Source: the human T2T-CHM13v2.0 reference genome, Homo sapiens. From it: a DNA stretch of 64,000 nucleotides. The stretch is taken from assembly GCF_009914755.1 (NCBI RefSeq), contig NC_060930.1, one strand, 5' to 3'. Shown one piece after another: positions 1-13,005 of this stretch; positions within the stretch are counted from its first letter, which is position 1, and the number at the start of each line of letters is the position of its first letter. Under the pieces are notes generated by a model, which had not been told where the DNA came from, did not search any database, and worked only from the letters and a program-made list of their open reading frames with translations. A program made the position numbers and the translations under genes.

Positions 1-487
1 CCTCTGCTTCGGCTCATTTCTGGGTGAGTTTGGTGGCCCTGTGCCAACCTTTCAGTAAATCTAAGGGACTCAGCTAAAGACAGAGAAACTATATCATTAT
101 GATAGACACTTTATTTATTTTTAATAGACCAACAAGGCAATATAGCATCCTTATGGAGATAAACAGTTATTTACTTTACACAAGCTCCATAAACAACCCA
201 TTTGCCACCAGGACTGCCCCAGGTATCTGTGCACATCGACTGAAGGGGCCAAATTCAAGTGTCACTTCTTCCCTGAAGCCTCTCTGGGTACTCTGCTTGA
301 TGAGATTTCTCCCTGTACTGAAAGCCTATTGTAATGTATTTGTTTTCTGTAGCATATAGTTAATTGTAAATAACATGTCCTTCATCCAGAGATGTGAGGA
401 AAATCTCACAGCACTTAGTTGAGTTGCTTGATGCTAGAAAAAAGGTTCATGGTTGTGTAAAAATCAAGGCAGGACTTATTACATGTG

Positions 488-1340
<853 letters not shown>

Positions 1341-2069
1341 TTAGCAAAGTCGCCATGAGAGCAGCAAGAGATGGCATCTGAACAGGAGGAAGAATGTAAA
1401 ACCCTATACAGTGTGGGTAGAAAAGTGTTACGTCTAATGTCTGAGGCCACTGAGTGTCCAGGAAGGTGGTTTCTCAGGGCTCAACAACTCCTGGAGGAAC
1501 CATGCTGCCACCCCACAGTACGGTGATTGAAATGCAGAGTGATGATCCTGAGTCATCGAGGAAAGGGAAAATTCTGTACAATAAGCTATGTTTATGAAGT
1601 CAGGGAAGTGTGTAATACAGTTTAGAATGCCATCAAACAATGAATATCAGAAAAATGTTTTTGGATGCTTACAGATATGTCAATTCATAAATGTATGAAT
1701 CCTCTTATTTTCTGACATGGCCAGCTATTTTAGGCATTACTATAGTCTATGCTCTCTCTTCATATCCGTGTTAAAGTAGTTTTACCTCATAGAGTTTAAG
1801 CTCCTCATTGACAGATACCTCACCTCATACTCCTCACATCACTAAAGCCAATGCTGGAGATGCTTTAGGTCATCAATAAATCTTTTATGATTGTTTCTAG
1901 ACCAGGATCCTGTTCACCAGTTATTGAATCTGTATTGCCTCCTGGTTCTTGCTGACTTGTTTATGGGATATCTCAGAATAGTCATTTGAAACCTTCTACG
2001 ATTATCTCACAAGGAATAAATTCATTAACTGTCCTTTATTTTGAAGATTAATTGGTTCCTAGGAAACTA

Positions 2070-2345
2070 ACAGTGGAAAGATGACATTGTATAGGGGAAA
2101 GAGAAAGAGTGTCAATTTAGGACCTAGAGAGCTTTTGATGCCAGCCACCCCTCGCTGGGGGAGCAGTTCTGGTGGGGAACCTTAGCCAATATGCAATCGT
2201 TGTGAGCCTCACTTTCTCTTCATGTAAAAAGACAATAGATACAAAGAATCTTCAGAGAACTTATAAATAAGAGATATTATTTTGGTAAAGCACAAAGCAT
2301 ACAGTCTAGTACAAAGTAGGCATTCAATAAAGAGTAGCTATTAAT
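2070..2345 (+). mobile_element. MIR SINE
   Basis: Core motif gtgagcctcactttctcttcatgtaaaa and 3' end gtaaagcac...agtaggcattcaataaa. Confidence 0.7.
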
Positions 2346-3429
2346 ATTTTAAAACTATGCTTAAGAACATTATGTTTTTAATAACACACTTAAAAGGTAT
2401 ATGACATGCTTTTGAGAAAAGGTGAATGACAGTGAAAGTAGTTCACTAAATATGAACCCATGGTAACCTATTTTATTTTTCTATTTGCCCCTGAAGTGGA
2501 TACCAGTGGCATTTCAAATCACCTGAGGTCAACATTTCCCTGTGATATCCTCAAATAAGATAATATAGAATACACCTTAACTTTGTTTTGGGGAATTTTT
2601 AGATCTTTAATTATGACAAGCCCAATGTAAAGTGAAGAAAGAAAGAGACAGAAGTAGCAGACCCACAATTTAAAATATAACAATGGAAACCAATGGAGAA
2701 GTAGATCTTTTGGAACACAGAAGAGCTGACAGAGACTGAAAGTTCTGCAAGGGATGATACTGAGCTACTGACTGTGAATCAATTCTCAGAACATACATTC
2801 TGTAACAGGAAACTTATTTTAAACATATTTCTCATTTTTAATTCTTACTACAAATTCAAAATTTTGTGATTATAATCATTCTCTTGTTTTAATCCCCCAT
2901 TTTCCTGTAGGAACACAGAGCACTGTTTGTGACCAAGATTTAGCACCTTATTTTCTTGCTGATCTATTCAGTATAAATGCATTTTTATGTCTGAATTTCC
3001 AGAAGTGGTTTTCTTTCTTTCTTTCTTTTCTTTTCTTTTTTTTTTTTTTTTGACATTGATGATTAAGAAATGGCAAAATGACACCTGGGCTTCTTTTTCC
3101 TGGTCAAAAAGAGCAAAGTACATATTAGTAGTGACTGCCTATTTTAAAATCCCCTTTTTCTTTGTCTGTCGAGCTGTCTGTAATCATCAGAGTGGAAAAT
3201 AACTTTGAAAGCTCAAGCTCAGGGAAAAAGGGAGATTTAGTACCTCAGTATGGCAAAAGAAGTGGCAGTCAGCAGAGCTGCTTTTTTGAAACGTAAGTTT
3301 TTACCCAGTGTTGTAAAGTTCTACAAAATGTATGACCACATAGAGTAAATTCCAGATTGGCCTGCTTGACCTACAGCTTTTCAGGTAAATTTTGCCACGT
3401 GGATAGCTAGGGACAGAGCAGGTGGTTAG

Positions 3430-3630
3430 TCAGAGAAAGAGAGAGAGATTGAGAACAGAGGAGGGGAGGAGTGGAGAGAGGAAGGGAGGAGAAGAGGGAA
3501 TAGAAGAGGTGGCGAGGGAAGGGGAGAGGAGGGAATAGGAGGAGAAAGGAGGGTCAGGAAAGGGAGAGAAAAAGAAAAGAACGGAGGGGAGAGGGAAGGG
3601 CAGGGGGTGGGGTCCGGGGGGCGTGGGAAG
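3430..3630 (+). repeat. Polypurine (GA/G-rich) low-complexity tract ending in a G-quadruplex motif
   Basis: About 170 bp almost entirely A/G, followed by gggagagggaagggcagggggtggggtccggggggcgtggg. Confidence 0.9.
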
Positions 3631-6600
3631 GTAAAATTTACTTCCATCCAAAAAATCTGAAAGGCAAACTTGAGTCTGGCTCAATTCAATTTCGTTAATG
3701 ACCGCAGTCTGTTTGCCTCAGCAAATTCACCCTGTATATTTTGTGCATGAGAAATGGTGCTTCCTGTTGTCTTTTGTTTGCTTTTCTTCCATTTCCCTCC
3801 ATGGTGTTCATTCTGTCATCTGTGCCAGACACTGTGAAAATACCTTAACATTCCTTGCAGGCCTTAAAGACTTTTTTTTTTTTTTTGGTATGTTGAACTT
3901 AATCTTTTCCAGCTTCTTTTCTATTAAGGTTGTATGGAGGTTTCAGTTATTTTTCTTTGTATTTCTTTTCTCCTGCTGTTGCATTTGTAGACACACTGTC
4001 TCGTTGCTCTCTAAGATGTGATGTATTATGCATGTCTTTTCTAGTGGATTGGGGTAGAAAAGCAAAAAAGAACTGGTGAGCTAGAAGAGGTCATAGCCTC
4101 TGAGGAATGCCCACCAATGACAGTGCTGACTGGCTGCGTGGATGGTCTGGAGGGGACTGGCTTCGGTGGGAGTCAGAAAAGAACATTTGTTTTCTTTCAT
4201 CCAGGAGCCTGAATGAAGAGCAATTTTTCTGTTTGTTACAGTGATGGGTAATTTGGAGCACTTCCCTTTGCATGAAGAAATTTGCTATTCTAATCAAAAT
4301 CTCGTCCCTTTCTACAAATCATTATAAGATACTTATGAAAATAGGCAGATTCAGATTTCCTGTTTGAATTTTTGTCAGCTCTCACTTTTATGCTCATTTG
4401 CAGAATCACATAACTATGAAAGGCCAATTAGCTCTAAGTCCCCAGAAAGTGACAGAATAAATTGCTTTCTTCCTAGCAAATCAAGAATAATATTGTGGGT
4501 GCAGTGCAAAAGTGTCCACCCAGAGATTTCAGTTCATTTTATCAATCTAATAGAGTGCTTTAGGCCTGTCTTTTGTGACTCAGACTTCCAGTATCCACTT
4601 TCCTGTCAGGGCTCTTATATAACACTTCTCTACTTTTGTGTTAAGATAGGATAAATCTGTAAATTTAAGCGGTGCATTGGTCAAGATGCTTACTGTGGAA
4701 TAGATCTCTCGCCCCAGTCAAAATTTATTGAAGTCAAATCAAGGAATTTAGAGAATTCTCTTTAGCAAGGTTGAGTGCCACAAGTTAATATCCCTAAATG
4801 CAGCATAGTGGGCATTTGAGATTTTTTCCACAGAGGGTGGCTGGGATGATATAGCTGTTATCTGCAATAGCTATGCAAATATGACTGGAGACCATAACAT
4901 AATTGAGGTTTTCAAAATCTAGCCACCTCAAAAGATTTTCAGCAGATTACAGCTTCTCTGAGGTATTGCTCCTGGACATGCATGTAGGAAAGTTGCTTTC
5001 TTTCTCCATATTTCTCTTTGTGAATCTTCTCTATTTCTTAAAGACTTTACCCCCAAGTTGTCTTGAGTTACTCCACTATGCTCAGAAATCTCAGGGCAGC
5101 CCAAAGAAAAGAAAGGCAATTATTTCAGCTGTGGGCAACCATTGGGCAAGGCTTATAGCAGCTCTGGGGGAGGCCATTCCCAGTCACTCGCAGGACTAGG
5201 ATTCAAGGTAAGTTTTATCACTGAAGGAACAATGCATCTTTCTTGTTTTATGCTCTCAGAGTCTCCTCTGAAAGACCCCTTACCGTGTATTGTATTGCCA
5301 GAAGTATTATTCTGGTGCTTTAGAAGGGAGGACAGAATAACCAGGGGCTTGACTTGGAATTAGTGTTGAATTATTTTGTTTTCTTAAGTCCACTGAAAGA
5401 CGATGAATTGCTAATCATGTCTTGTTCATATGTTTCACCTACATTGGTATAAATGAATTGAATTCAGTCTGTGCTATTAAAATGAATGAAATATTTATTC
5501 ACCATAATCAGGAACTTAGGCTGCAACTCAAGTTTTCTTGTTATGGAGAATGGATACAGGATATTTGAAGAGTTTTGTTCTGGATTCCCATGGGGTTACA
5601 TACAACATTTATATTAATACCCAATGAGCTCGACATGATTAGTGTCATTACAATGAATTCCAAAGGGATTAATGAGGATTTACTATTTGTAGGGAGCTGT
5701 TGCTATGCAGAGACTGCCATTGCACAATTCTAAGGTGGCCTCATTTTGTCGGAACTTTTGGATTAGAGATACTCAGTAAAAACATCTGTACACTGTTATA
5801 AGATTTACATTCTTCCCCTTGTTAGAGATGACATTGCTAACTCTACCGCACTACTGGGGCTCATTTAATCTAGCAGTCATTTCAGCAAGCACTTCGTAAA
5901 AAACAATTATTGAATTAATTGTGTGGTTTCCAGTTCAGTATTCATTTGTGATATCCCTTCCACCTGTAAACTCCTCTCCCAGTTGCCTTGTAGAGGTGAA
6001 ACTGGATAATTTCACAACCTATAAAATATGTGTTCTTTTTGTTATAATAAAATCTATGACAAGAACTCTACTGGTAGAGAACATACAGTTCTGGTATCAT
6101 TTTGTCCTGCTTTGGGGAAATAAAACCTTGAAAACTTACCAGATATAAGTTCATTCAAACTCTGCCTACCTTTCTGCTGTCCTTCCATGAAAGAACTCCT
6201 TCACAAACCCTCCCACAGAAATTCAAAAATTCACTGAATGTTTTCTTCCTTGATTTATTTTTAACTATATCAGAAAAGAAAAGCGAGCACTCGAAGCCTG
6301 AACCTATTTATATGAAGGAGGAAAGCGATTAATCTTCCCAAATTCTCACACTTTTTTTTTTTTTTTGGACTGGAGCTTCTAAGTTGTACTTTTGTTTGAA
6401 TTGTTTGTATTTCCCAAAACTTCACAAGGTTGAGCTGGGCACCTTTGTTTCTAAAGTTTATATTTAACCCATTTCCTAAAATGTGCACTATATGTGATGA
6501 GAGAAAAGAGCTGCAAAGATGAACCAGACTGGCAAAGAGCAGCCTTGGAACTGAAACGTGTGAGACTAGAGCACAATAAATTTAGGAATGCAAAAATGAG

Positions 6601-7244
6601 GCCCTTTGTTTTATTTCTAAGTGATTTGAAACCTTAAACAGCTAAGGCACAGCATCAAGCAGCTCACTATTTCCATGTTTGACTTTTTCTCTTGAACCTG
6701 CAGACCCACAGAGCAATCAGACATCCATTTCATATCTTTAATACAGATAACATTTACCCTACTTACTTGACAACTTAAGGTGTAGATTAAACATCCTCTC
6801 ATTCTAAAAGAATGTGTTACTTATTTTAATTGCATGGGTTGAATCCAAATCAATTATTCCCATGTAGAGGCTATATCCGAGGGTAAAACGTACATAGTTA
6901 GGAAAGTGTGTTGGGGAAGCTACATAGAAACAAACCTAGGGAGCTAGAAGAATCACACGGGAAGTTCCACCTAAACAAAACTGCGTTAGTATTTCGAAAA
7001 AATCAATGGGGATTGATGCAAAAAAATTTTAATTCATGTAAACCTTTGAATAACTCATGGCCTAGTGGATAGCAAGCTTTAGGAAGTGAGCTCACTACAT
7101 TAAAGGAACAGTGATCACATGCATCCAGGCAACACCTGTCAATTCTAGCTGGAATCCACAACTACCACTGAGGGATACAAGGGGACAACAATGTGGACCC
7201 CTCACATGATTCCTAATGACGCTTAGTTTAAAATACAGTCAGAA

Positions 7245-7390
7245 CACTAGGGAGACTTCGGGGGATGATGGAGCTGTTTTGTATCCTCATTATGGTAGTT
7301 ATACCAATCTCTACATGTGCTAAAACACATAAAACTGATATATACTACAAGGAATCAATTTTACTATAGGTAAATTGAAAAATAATAATA
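7245..7390 (+). mobile_element. Old L1M (L1MC/ME-type) 3' end fragment
   Basis: ggggatgatggagctgttttgtatc...aattttactataggtaaatt-aaaaataa resembles L1MC/ME 3'UTR ends. Confidence 0.6.
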
Positions 7391-7694
7391 CAAAGAGTTA
7401 TAGTTAAGCTACAGTTTAGGGTAGTTCTGTTGCATGTCACAGAAGAAAAAGAGGGACTTGATTGATAGATTAACCCATTAGAAAAAAGCTAAGAGAAAAA
7501 GTTTATGTAATAAGACATAGTAGAAATAGCAATTACGTTTTCAAAAAAGACACTAAAATCACGAAAAAGTGAATGTGCAAAGTTATTTGTTGGGATGCCC
7601 GATCAGCTTCTGAACAAAAAAGCTGACTCCCTAGCCAGGTGTTCAGCCCTCTTATGATACGCTCCTAATTCATCTTTCATGCTGCATCTCCCTC

Positions 7695-8015
7695 TGCAGG
7701 CCTCCAAATAATTTATCCACAGTTCAGAAATCTCAAAAGTTCTGAACACTCAATGTTCTTTCATAACTCATTTGGTGGCCAAACCTGATATCAGCTGATC
7801 TGACACCATTTGTTTTTATGTCTGTCACTTAGTGTGAATAACTTTCATGTTGCTATAGAAATACCACTTATTTGATTACTAGGTGCTGCCTAGATCCCAC
7901 AAGGTGTGTTTTAATATATAGCATATGAACTGAATTCCCTTTCTAAAATCTGAAAAATTCCGAACTCCAAAACATATCTGATCTCAAAGGTTTCTGGTAA
8001 AGGATTAAGGACTGT
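7695..8015. mobile_element. TcMar-Tigger MITE (MER46C-like) inside an L2 relic
   Basis: ctcatttggtggccaaacctga and ttccgaactccaaaacatatctg...ggattaaggactg resemble MER46C; L2-like flanks span about 7620-8340. Confidence 0.55.
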
Positions 8016-8644
8016 GTTTTCAAAAGACTTTCTGAACAAAACAGATAGTACCACCTACTTCTAATGGCATGTTTCATATGTTTATGCTTTAGCACTTTTG
8101 CTAATATCACTACCTGTGTCCTGATATACAGTTCTTCTAACTGAGCCATGTGAAAGAAAGTTTTAATGCCATTGCCTCCAAGAAGCCTTCTTTATATACC
8201 CCAAACTGACTTGTCAACTCTTTCTTTACTGATTCTAATGCTTATATCTCCTTTTGCATTGTAATTGTTATGACAATACAGACTTCTCTGATTAGCCCTG
8301 ACAGTCTGGGGATGGTTATCACTGCAGCAGAGTTTGCACAAAAGATGTGGATTCACAACTAGTATTGAAATCAGAATATCTCTGCAGCAAAGGTTATTAT
8401 CATAGCCACCAGGGCAAGGATGGAGACCAATGCTCTTGTGTCAAGGCTAGAAATAAAGAGTTGGTTGAAGCTGAGAACTTACTCTGGTGCTTGGCAGGAA
8501 CAGGTTGGCATAAACATGGAAAACATGGTAAAAACACCCATAATAGGAAGATTAGCCACTGTATATTGGTTGATTACCCAATTGATTACCAGAGTCTCTG
8601 CAGATATATTAGAGTCATCATTTCATCTAGGTCTCAATTTTTAG

Positions 8645-8785
8645 AGTAGTTATTATCATCTCCATTTTAGAAATGAGAGACTAAAGCTCAGAGAGGGTAA
8701 GCCCTTGAGCAGTGTCACGTAACTAGTAAGAAGCAACGCCAAGACTTGAACTCAGTCTCTCTAACACACTGGTCCTTGTTCATAA
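8645..8785 (-). mobile_element. MIR SINE
   Basis: attatcatctccattttagaaatgagagactaaagctcagagagggtaag is the MIR core reverse complement. Confidence 0.8.
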
Positions 8786-9169
8786 TCACTAAAGAATATT
8801 CCTTCAATTTGGGCAAGCAGATAACAATGATATATTCTGTTGAGATAGACACTTGAGTTGAGGACTTAGGACAGCATTCAGCATGGTTTTTAATGCATGG
8901 TATTTTACCAGTGGTGTAGTGTGGCTAACTGTGATCTTACATTTAGCAGCACTGGGGTTTTTCTTCATGAACTCTAAAGCTGCACGCTTCTTTAAACCTT
9001 ACAATTCTCCTGTTTCTTAGAATGGGTTCTCTACTCCCAACTTGGGTAGCACATACACCTAAGACTGCTTTTTATGTGACACCTTAGCAAGAGAAAGGAG
9101 GAGAGAGATTAGACCACATCTAGGAGATAAAGTAGAGACAGAAAACTCTCAACTGTTGGAATTTTCTCT

Positions 9170-9310
9170 GTGTTTTCTTCAGGATATTACCTCTTTTGGA
9201 GTGCTTGAGCATGACAGAAAGCATAGTATCTTCATTCTTGTCCCCAGTAGTAAATAATACAGTATCCTGAATATAATAGGAAATAAATAATTGTTTATGA
9301 AATAAATTTT
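9170..9310 (+). mobile_element. L2 3' end relic
   Basis: gtatcttcattcttgtccccagtag...aaataaataattgtttatgaaataaat. Confidence 0.5.
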
Positions 9311-10371
9311 TGCTAGCAAAGATTAGTAGACATGGGCAGCTTGATAGGAACATATTGTTGTTGACACCTATTTCATAGTATGAGGCAGTTTATATTTTAA
9401 GCTTTGCAGATTTCAGAATAAAGTTTAGCTATTTATAAATGTTCAAGAAAGAGCTAATAAATTTTATCTTTCTTTAGCAGGGAAAATGTTGGAAACCACA
9501 TAAATTTTCTCACAATATTATTTTATGATTTCTGTAGACTGAAGGATTTTTGACGTCTGGGATCCAATGGGAGAGCATCCCAATAGTGTCAACAAAAAGC
9601 TGACATTCTATATTCTGCTCCATTCAGCCTTTCATTCTGAATCCTATCTGTGTAATCTGCAACTTTCACTCCAGGAAAGGAGACTGTAGATGAATTAATG
9701 AGAATGGAGTTAGCATCAGTCCTTCTCAACATTTTATAGCAAGTAAATTAAAATCACCTGTTGGTCCAGCACATTAGCGTTGCTGGCTGTTTGCTCAAAC
9801 CCTTCAGGATTAGTTTAAGCTCAGAGGGATAAATAGACATAAATAAAATGTATTTATTCATCTTTCATTTCACAAAGAAAATTGTAAAAATAGTTGAGAA
9901 TTTTTCTTTTCTATTATATCTAGCTTTTCCTCTTCTTGAGAAGCAGAAAAAAAGTAAAATATAAGAGAACATGAAACTCTTACTTCTTTTGTTCTGTAAT
10001 GTATAAGACATATTCAAACGTGGGCTATTCCTTTATTAATCAATAGAAATTGATAATGGAAATATGATCTTAGGTAGCCATATCTACTTTTTTACTGAAT
10101 GCATGGGAGGTTGACTTTGGATCTCATTCGACTCTTACTTTAGGGACCAACCCGAGAAAAATCCTGGGTTTTTCCACATTGTTATACCAATATCTGTAAT
10201 GAAGATACTTTTGTGATCTCTGAGAATGGACTGAGGCAGCTGATTCTCCCAGGACGTCTTTGAAGCATTATGGGTTATACCAACTACTCTCAGTGCTGCC
10301 TACGGTGATCTGATTTTACTCAGAGACACGGAGCCTTAGGGAAAAAAAGATTCTTGAATTGCACCTGGGTC

Positions 10372-10550
10372 CAGCTGTTCCCAAGTAGATCCACTGATTC
10401 AGAAATTCTTGAGAATCTTTTAAAAGTACAAATTTTAGAGCTCAGCCCCTACCTACATGTTTAGAATCTCCACAGTCCAGGCCAATATATCTATTTTTAA
10501 GAAGTTTTCTAGGTAATTCTAATAAGCAGCCAAGTTTAGAAGTCAATTGT
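10372..10550. mobile_element. MER5-type hAT-Charlie MITE
   Basis: cagctgttcccaag...ttagaatctcc...ctaggtaattctaataagcagccaagtttagaa. Confidence 0.7.
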
Positions 10551-11056
10551 CTAATCCGGACCATAATTCATTTATTCTGCAAATGCTTATTAAGTCTCCA
10601 TAGCTAATGGTCAATCAACGTATGATTGGTCGACTAGTCCATGAGATCATCTGCCTAAGCCTCTAGTTTGCTCAAGGAATCTGAATATTTAATATTTAAT
10701 TAGAACACACTCAAACACACATCTTGCTTATATTGAGAAACCCAGACTCTACCACAATATCATTGAGGATTATGGAGGGATTTACACTTTACCTAGTCGT
10801 CTACGTTCCAATTCTCTGCTTTTACTCTACCTTAATTTATACCCTGTATTTCATTTTTCCCTTCCTACATAATCCTTTTCTACATCTCATCACCCTACAG
10901 AGGCCACTGTCCAAATCTGTCATTCTCCAACACTGACAAAAGTCTTTGAGTGGATTCCCTCACCACTTCTTATTCTTCAATATCCCACCTTCCCCAAATA
11001 AATTAGTTTTACTTTGCTATGTAGAGCAATTTAATTCTCTTCATCTAACTCCTCAG

Positions 11057-11195
11057 AGGGCTGCCAGTTACAAGTGTACTGGTTGTGTACTGCACAATTC
11101 TATCAGATGTCATTCATATTAGAGTCTATGTGAGTGACAGCCCCTGGTGTCGAGCAATTCTCAACCTCTCTGGACATGCATGCATGGGGGCTCTA
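11057..11195. mobile_element. MER91-like palindromic hAT MITE
   Basis: agggctgcc...ggttgtgtactgcacaattc...cattcata...tatgtgagtg...cccctgg...caacc...ggctct shows residual dyad symmetry. Confidence 0.6.
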
Positions 11196-11882
11196 CCTTC
11201 CCACTAGCCTGCCAGTGTTCCTAGGCTTATTTTATCTCTCTTGCCATAATTTCTAAATCTTAACCATGCATTCTGGTTCGTCTATGTCCCAAGCAAGACT
11301 ATAGCTGTTCAGTTTACAGGACAGCTGTTGGAATTCTACCCTTACAGTGCTTTGAACCACCCCTCTACCATCATGTTGTACTTTTGTAATAGTCCTCCTT
11401 TGTACTGTTTTTACAGACTTCCCTTGTGCTCTCTGACTACATGGTTATTGTATCTTTTCTTGCTATAAGACAGTGTCCATTTATAGATCAGGATGTGATG
11501 CTTATCTTTAAGAAAATATCCCTGAGGTGGGCTCTTACACAGGATAGAGATATGTAGGGAGTGCATCTAAACAATTATCTGGTAGTGCAAGGATTTGTAG
11601 AGAGTCAAGGAAGGTCGTGAGTGGATCAGCAGTGGGACTATGGCTCAGCTCTGTTGCCTTCTACTCTGGCAAGCCCTGCAGTCCTGGGGAGACTGAGGTA
11701 CAAGGTGATATCTGAGCAAAAGAAACTTGATAGAATTTGAGACAGGACAAAAACCAATCTAACAAGAAGACTGACTCTGCCAAGACACTGAAGACATTTA
11801 ACCTGGGATTCCAAATTTCTCTTGTCTGAGAACAGGCTTGATTCTGGAGCTGAATGTTTAGATGAATGTCAAGTAACAATAT

Positions 11883-12540
11883 CGGTGCTCTTCAATTTCG
11901 TAGCCACTAGCACATTAAAAACTTGAAGCATAGCCAGATGCAGTGGTTCATGCCTGTAACCTCAGCACATTGGGAGGCTGAGGTGGGTGGATCAACTGAG
12001 GTCAGGAGTTTGAGACCAGCCTGGCCAACATGGTGAAACCCCTGTCTCTACTAAAAATATATTTAAAAAAAATAGCCAGGCACTGTGGTACGTGCCTGTA
12101 GTCTCAGCTACTCAGGAGGCTGAGGCAGGAGAATTGCTTGAACCCAGGAGGCGGAGGTTGCGGTGAGCCAGGATTGCACCACTGCACTCCAGCCTGGATG
12201 ACAGAGTGAGACTCTGTTTCCCCCTAAAAAAAGAAAGAAAAAAAAAAGAACTTGAGGTATAGCTTCTCTAAATTGGTGTGTATTCTATGTGTAAAATACA
12301 CACCAGATTTTGATATTTTTTTGGAAAAAAACATAAACTATCTTGCAAATAATATTTTATATTGCTTATATTAAAATAAATATTTTTGGTTAGGCTTTAT
12401 CCTCACTCTTAATCTATACTGGGTTAAATAAGCTATATAATTAAATTAATTTTATCTGTTTATATTTTTGTTAATGTGACCACTAGAAAATTTAAAATTA
12501 GATGTGTGTCTTGCATTATATTTCTACTGAAGAGCACTGT
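11883..12540. mobile_element. MER33/MER3-type hAT MITE split by an Alu
   Basis: gtagccactagcacatt on the left; gtaaaatacacaccagattttga ... ttgcattatatttctactgaagagcactg on the right. Confidence 0.65.
11932..12250 (+). mobile_element. Alu, AluS (Sx-like), full length
   Basis: Dimeric Alu with poly-A; TSD aacttgaagcata / aacttgaggtata. Confidence 0.95.
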
Positions 12541-12644
12541 TTTATATTATGAAGGAGTGAAGCTACAGGAACTCTGATAGGGCCTTTAATTTTTTTTTAA
12601 ATTACTGTTTAAATTCTTTCTCCTCTATCCCCAATATATGCATA

Positions 12645-13005
12645 TTTACCATTTGTTGAGCATTACCTATTTTCCAGCTGGTTTATAACGCTATTTCTAA
12701 TCCTCATAACATGCTTTACAATAGACGTTATTATATCCATTTTTCAGAGAAAAAAACTGCTGCTTGGAAAAAAATAACAATATAAGAGTGATTACTTATG
12801 GAAGACTTGTGAGCCAGGAAGTATATTTATTATCTCTAACACACACACACGTGTATGTGTAAATACACATTCAATTCCAATTTTATACATTTTTAGAAAA
12901 ATAACGTTCAAAAAAGTCAGGCTATTTGTCCAAGGTCATGCAGCCAGGCACAACTGAGCTAGGTTCCAACTCGGGCTAACTCTGGAGTTTCTGATCTTTC
13001 CATCA
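12645..13005 (-). mobile_element. Two MIR fragments
   Basis: ttaccatttgttgagcatt...tcctcataac...ccatttttcagaga and tttgtccaaggtcatgcagcc. Confidence 0.65.

Noticed and set aside
3426-3684. Pro/Ser/Leu-rich ORFs
   Set aside because: They are translations of the polypyrimidine strand of the low-complexity tract
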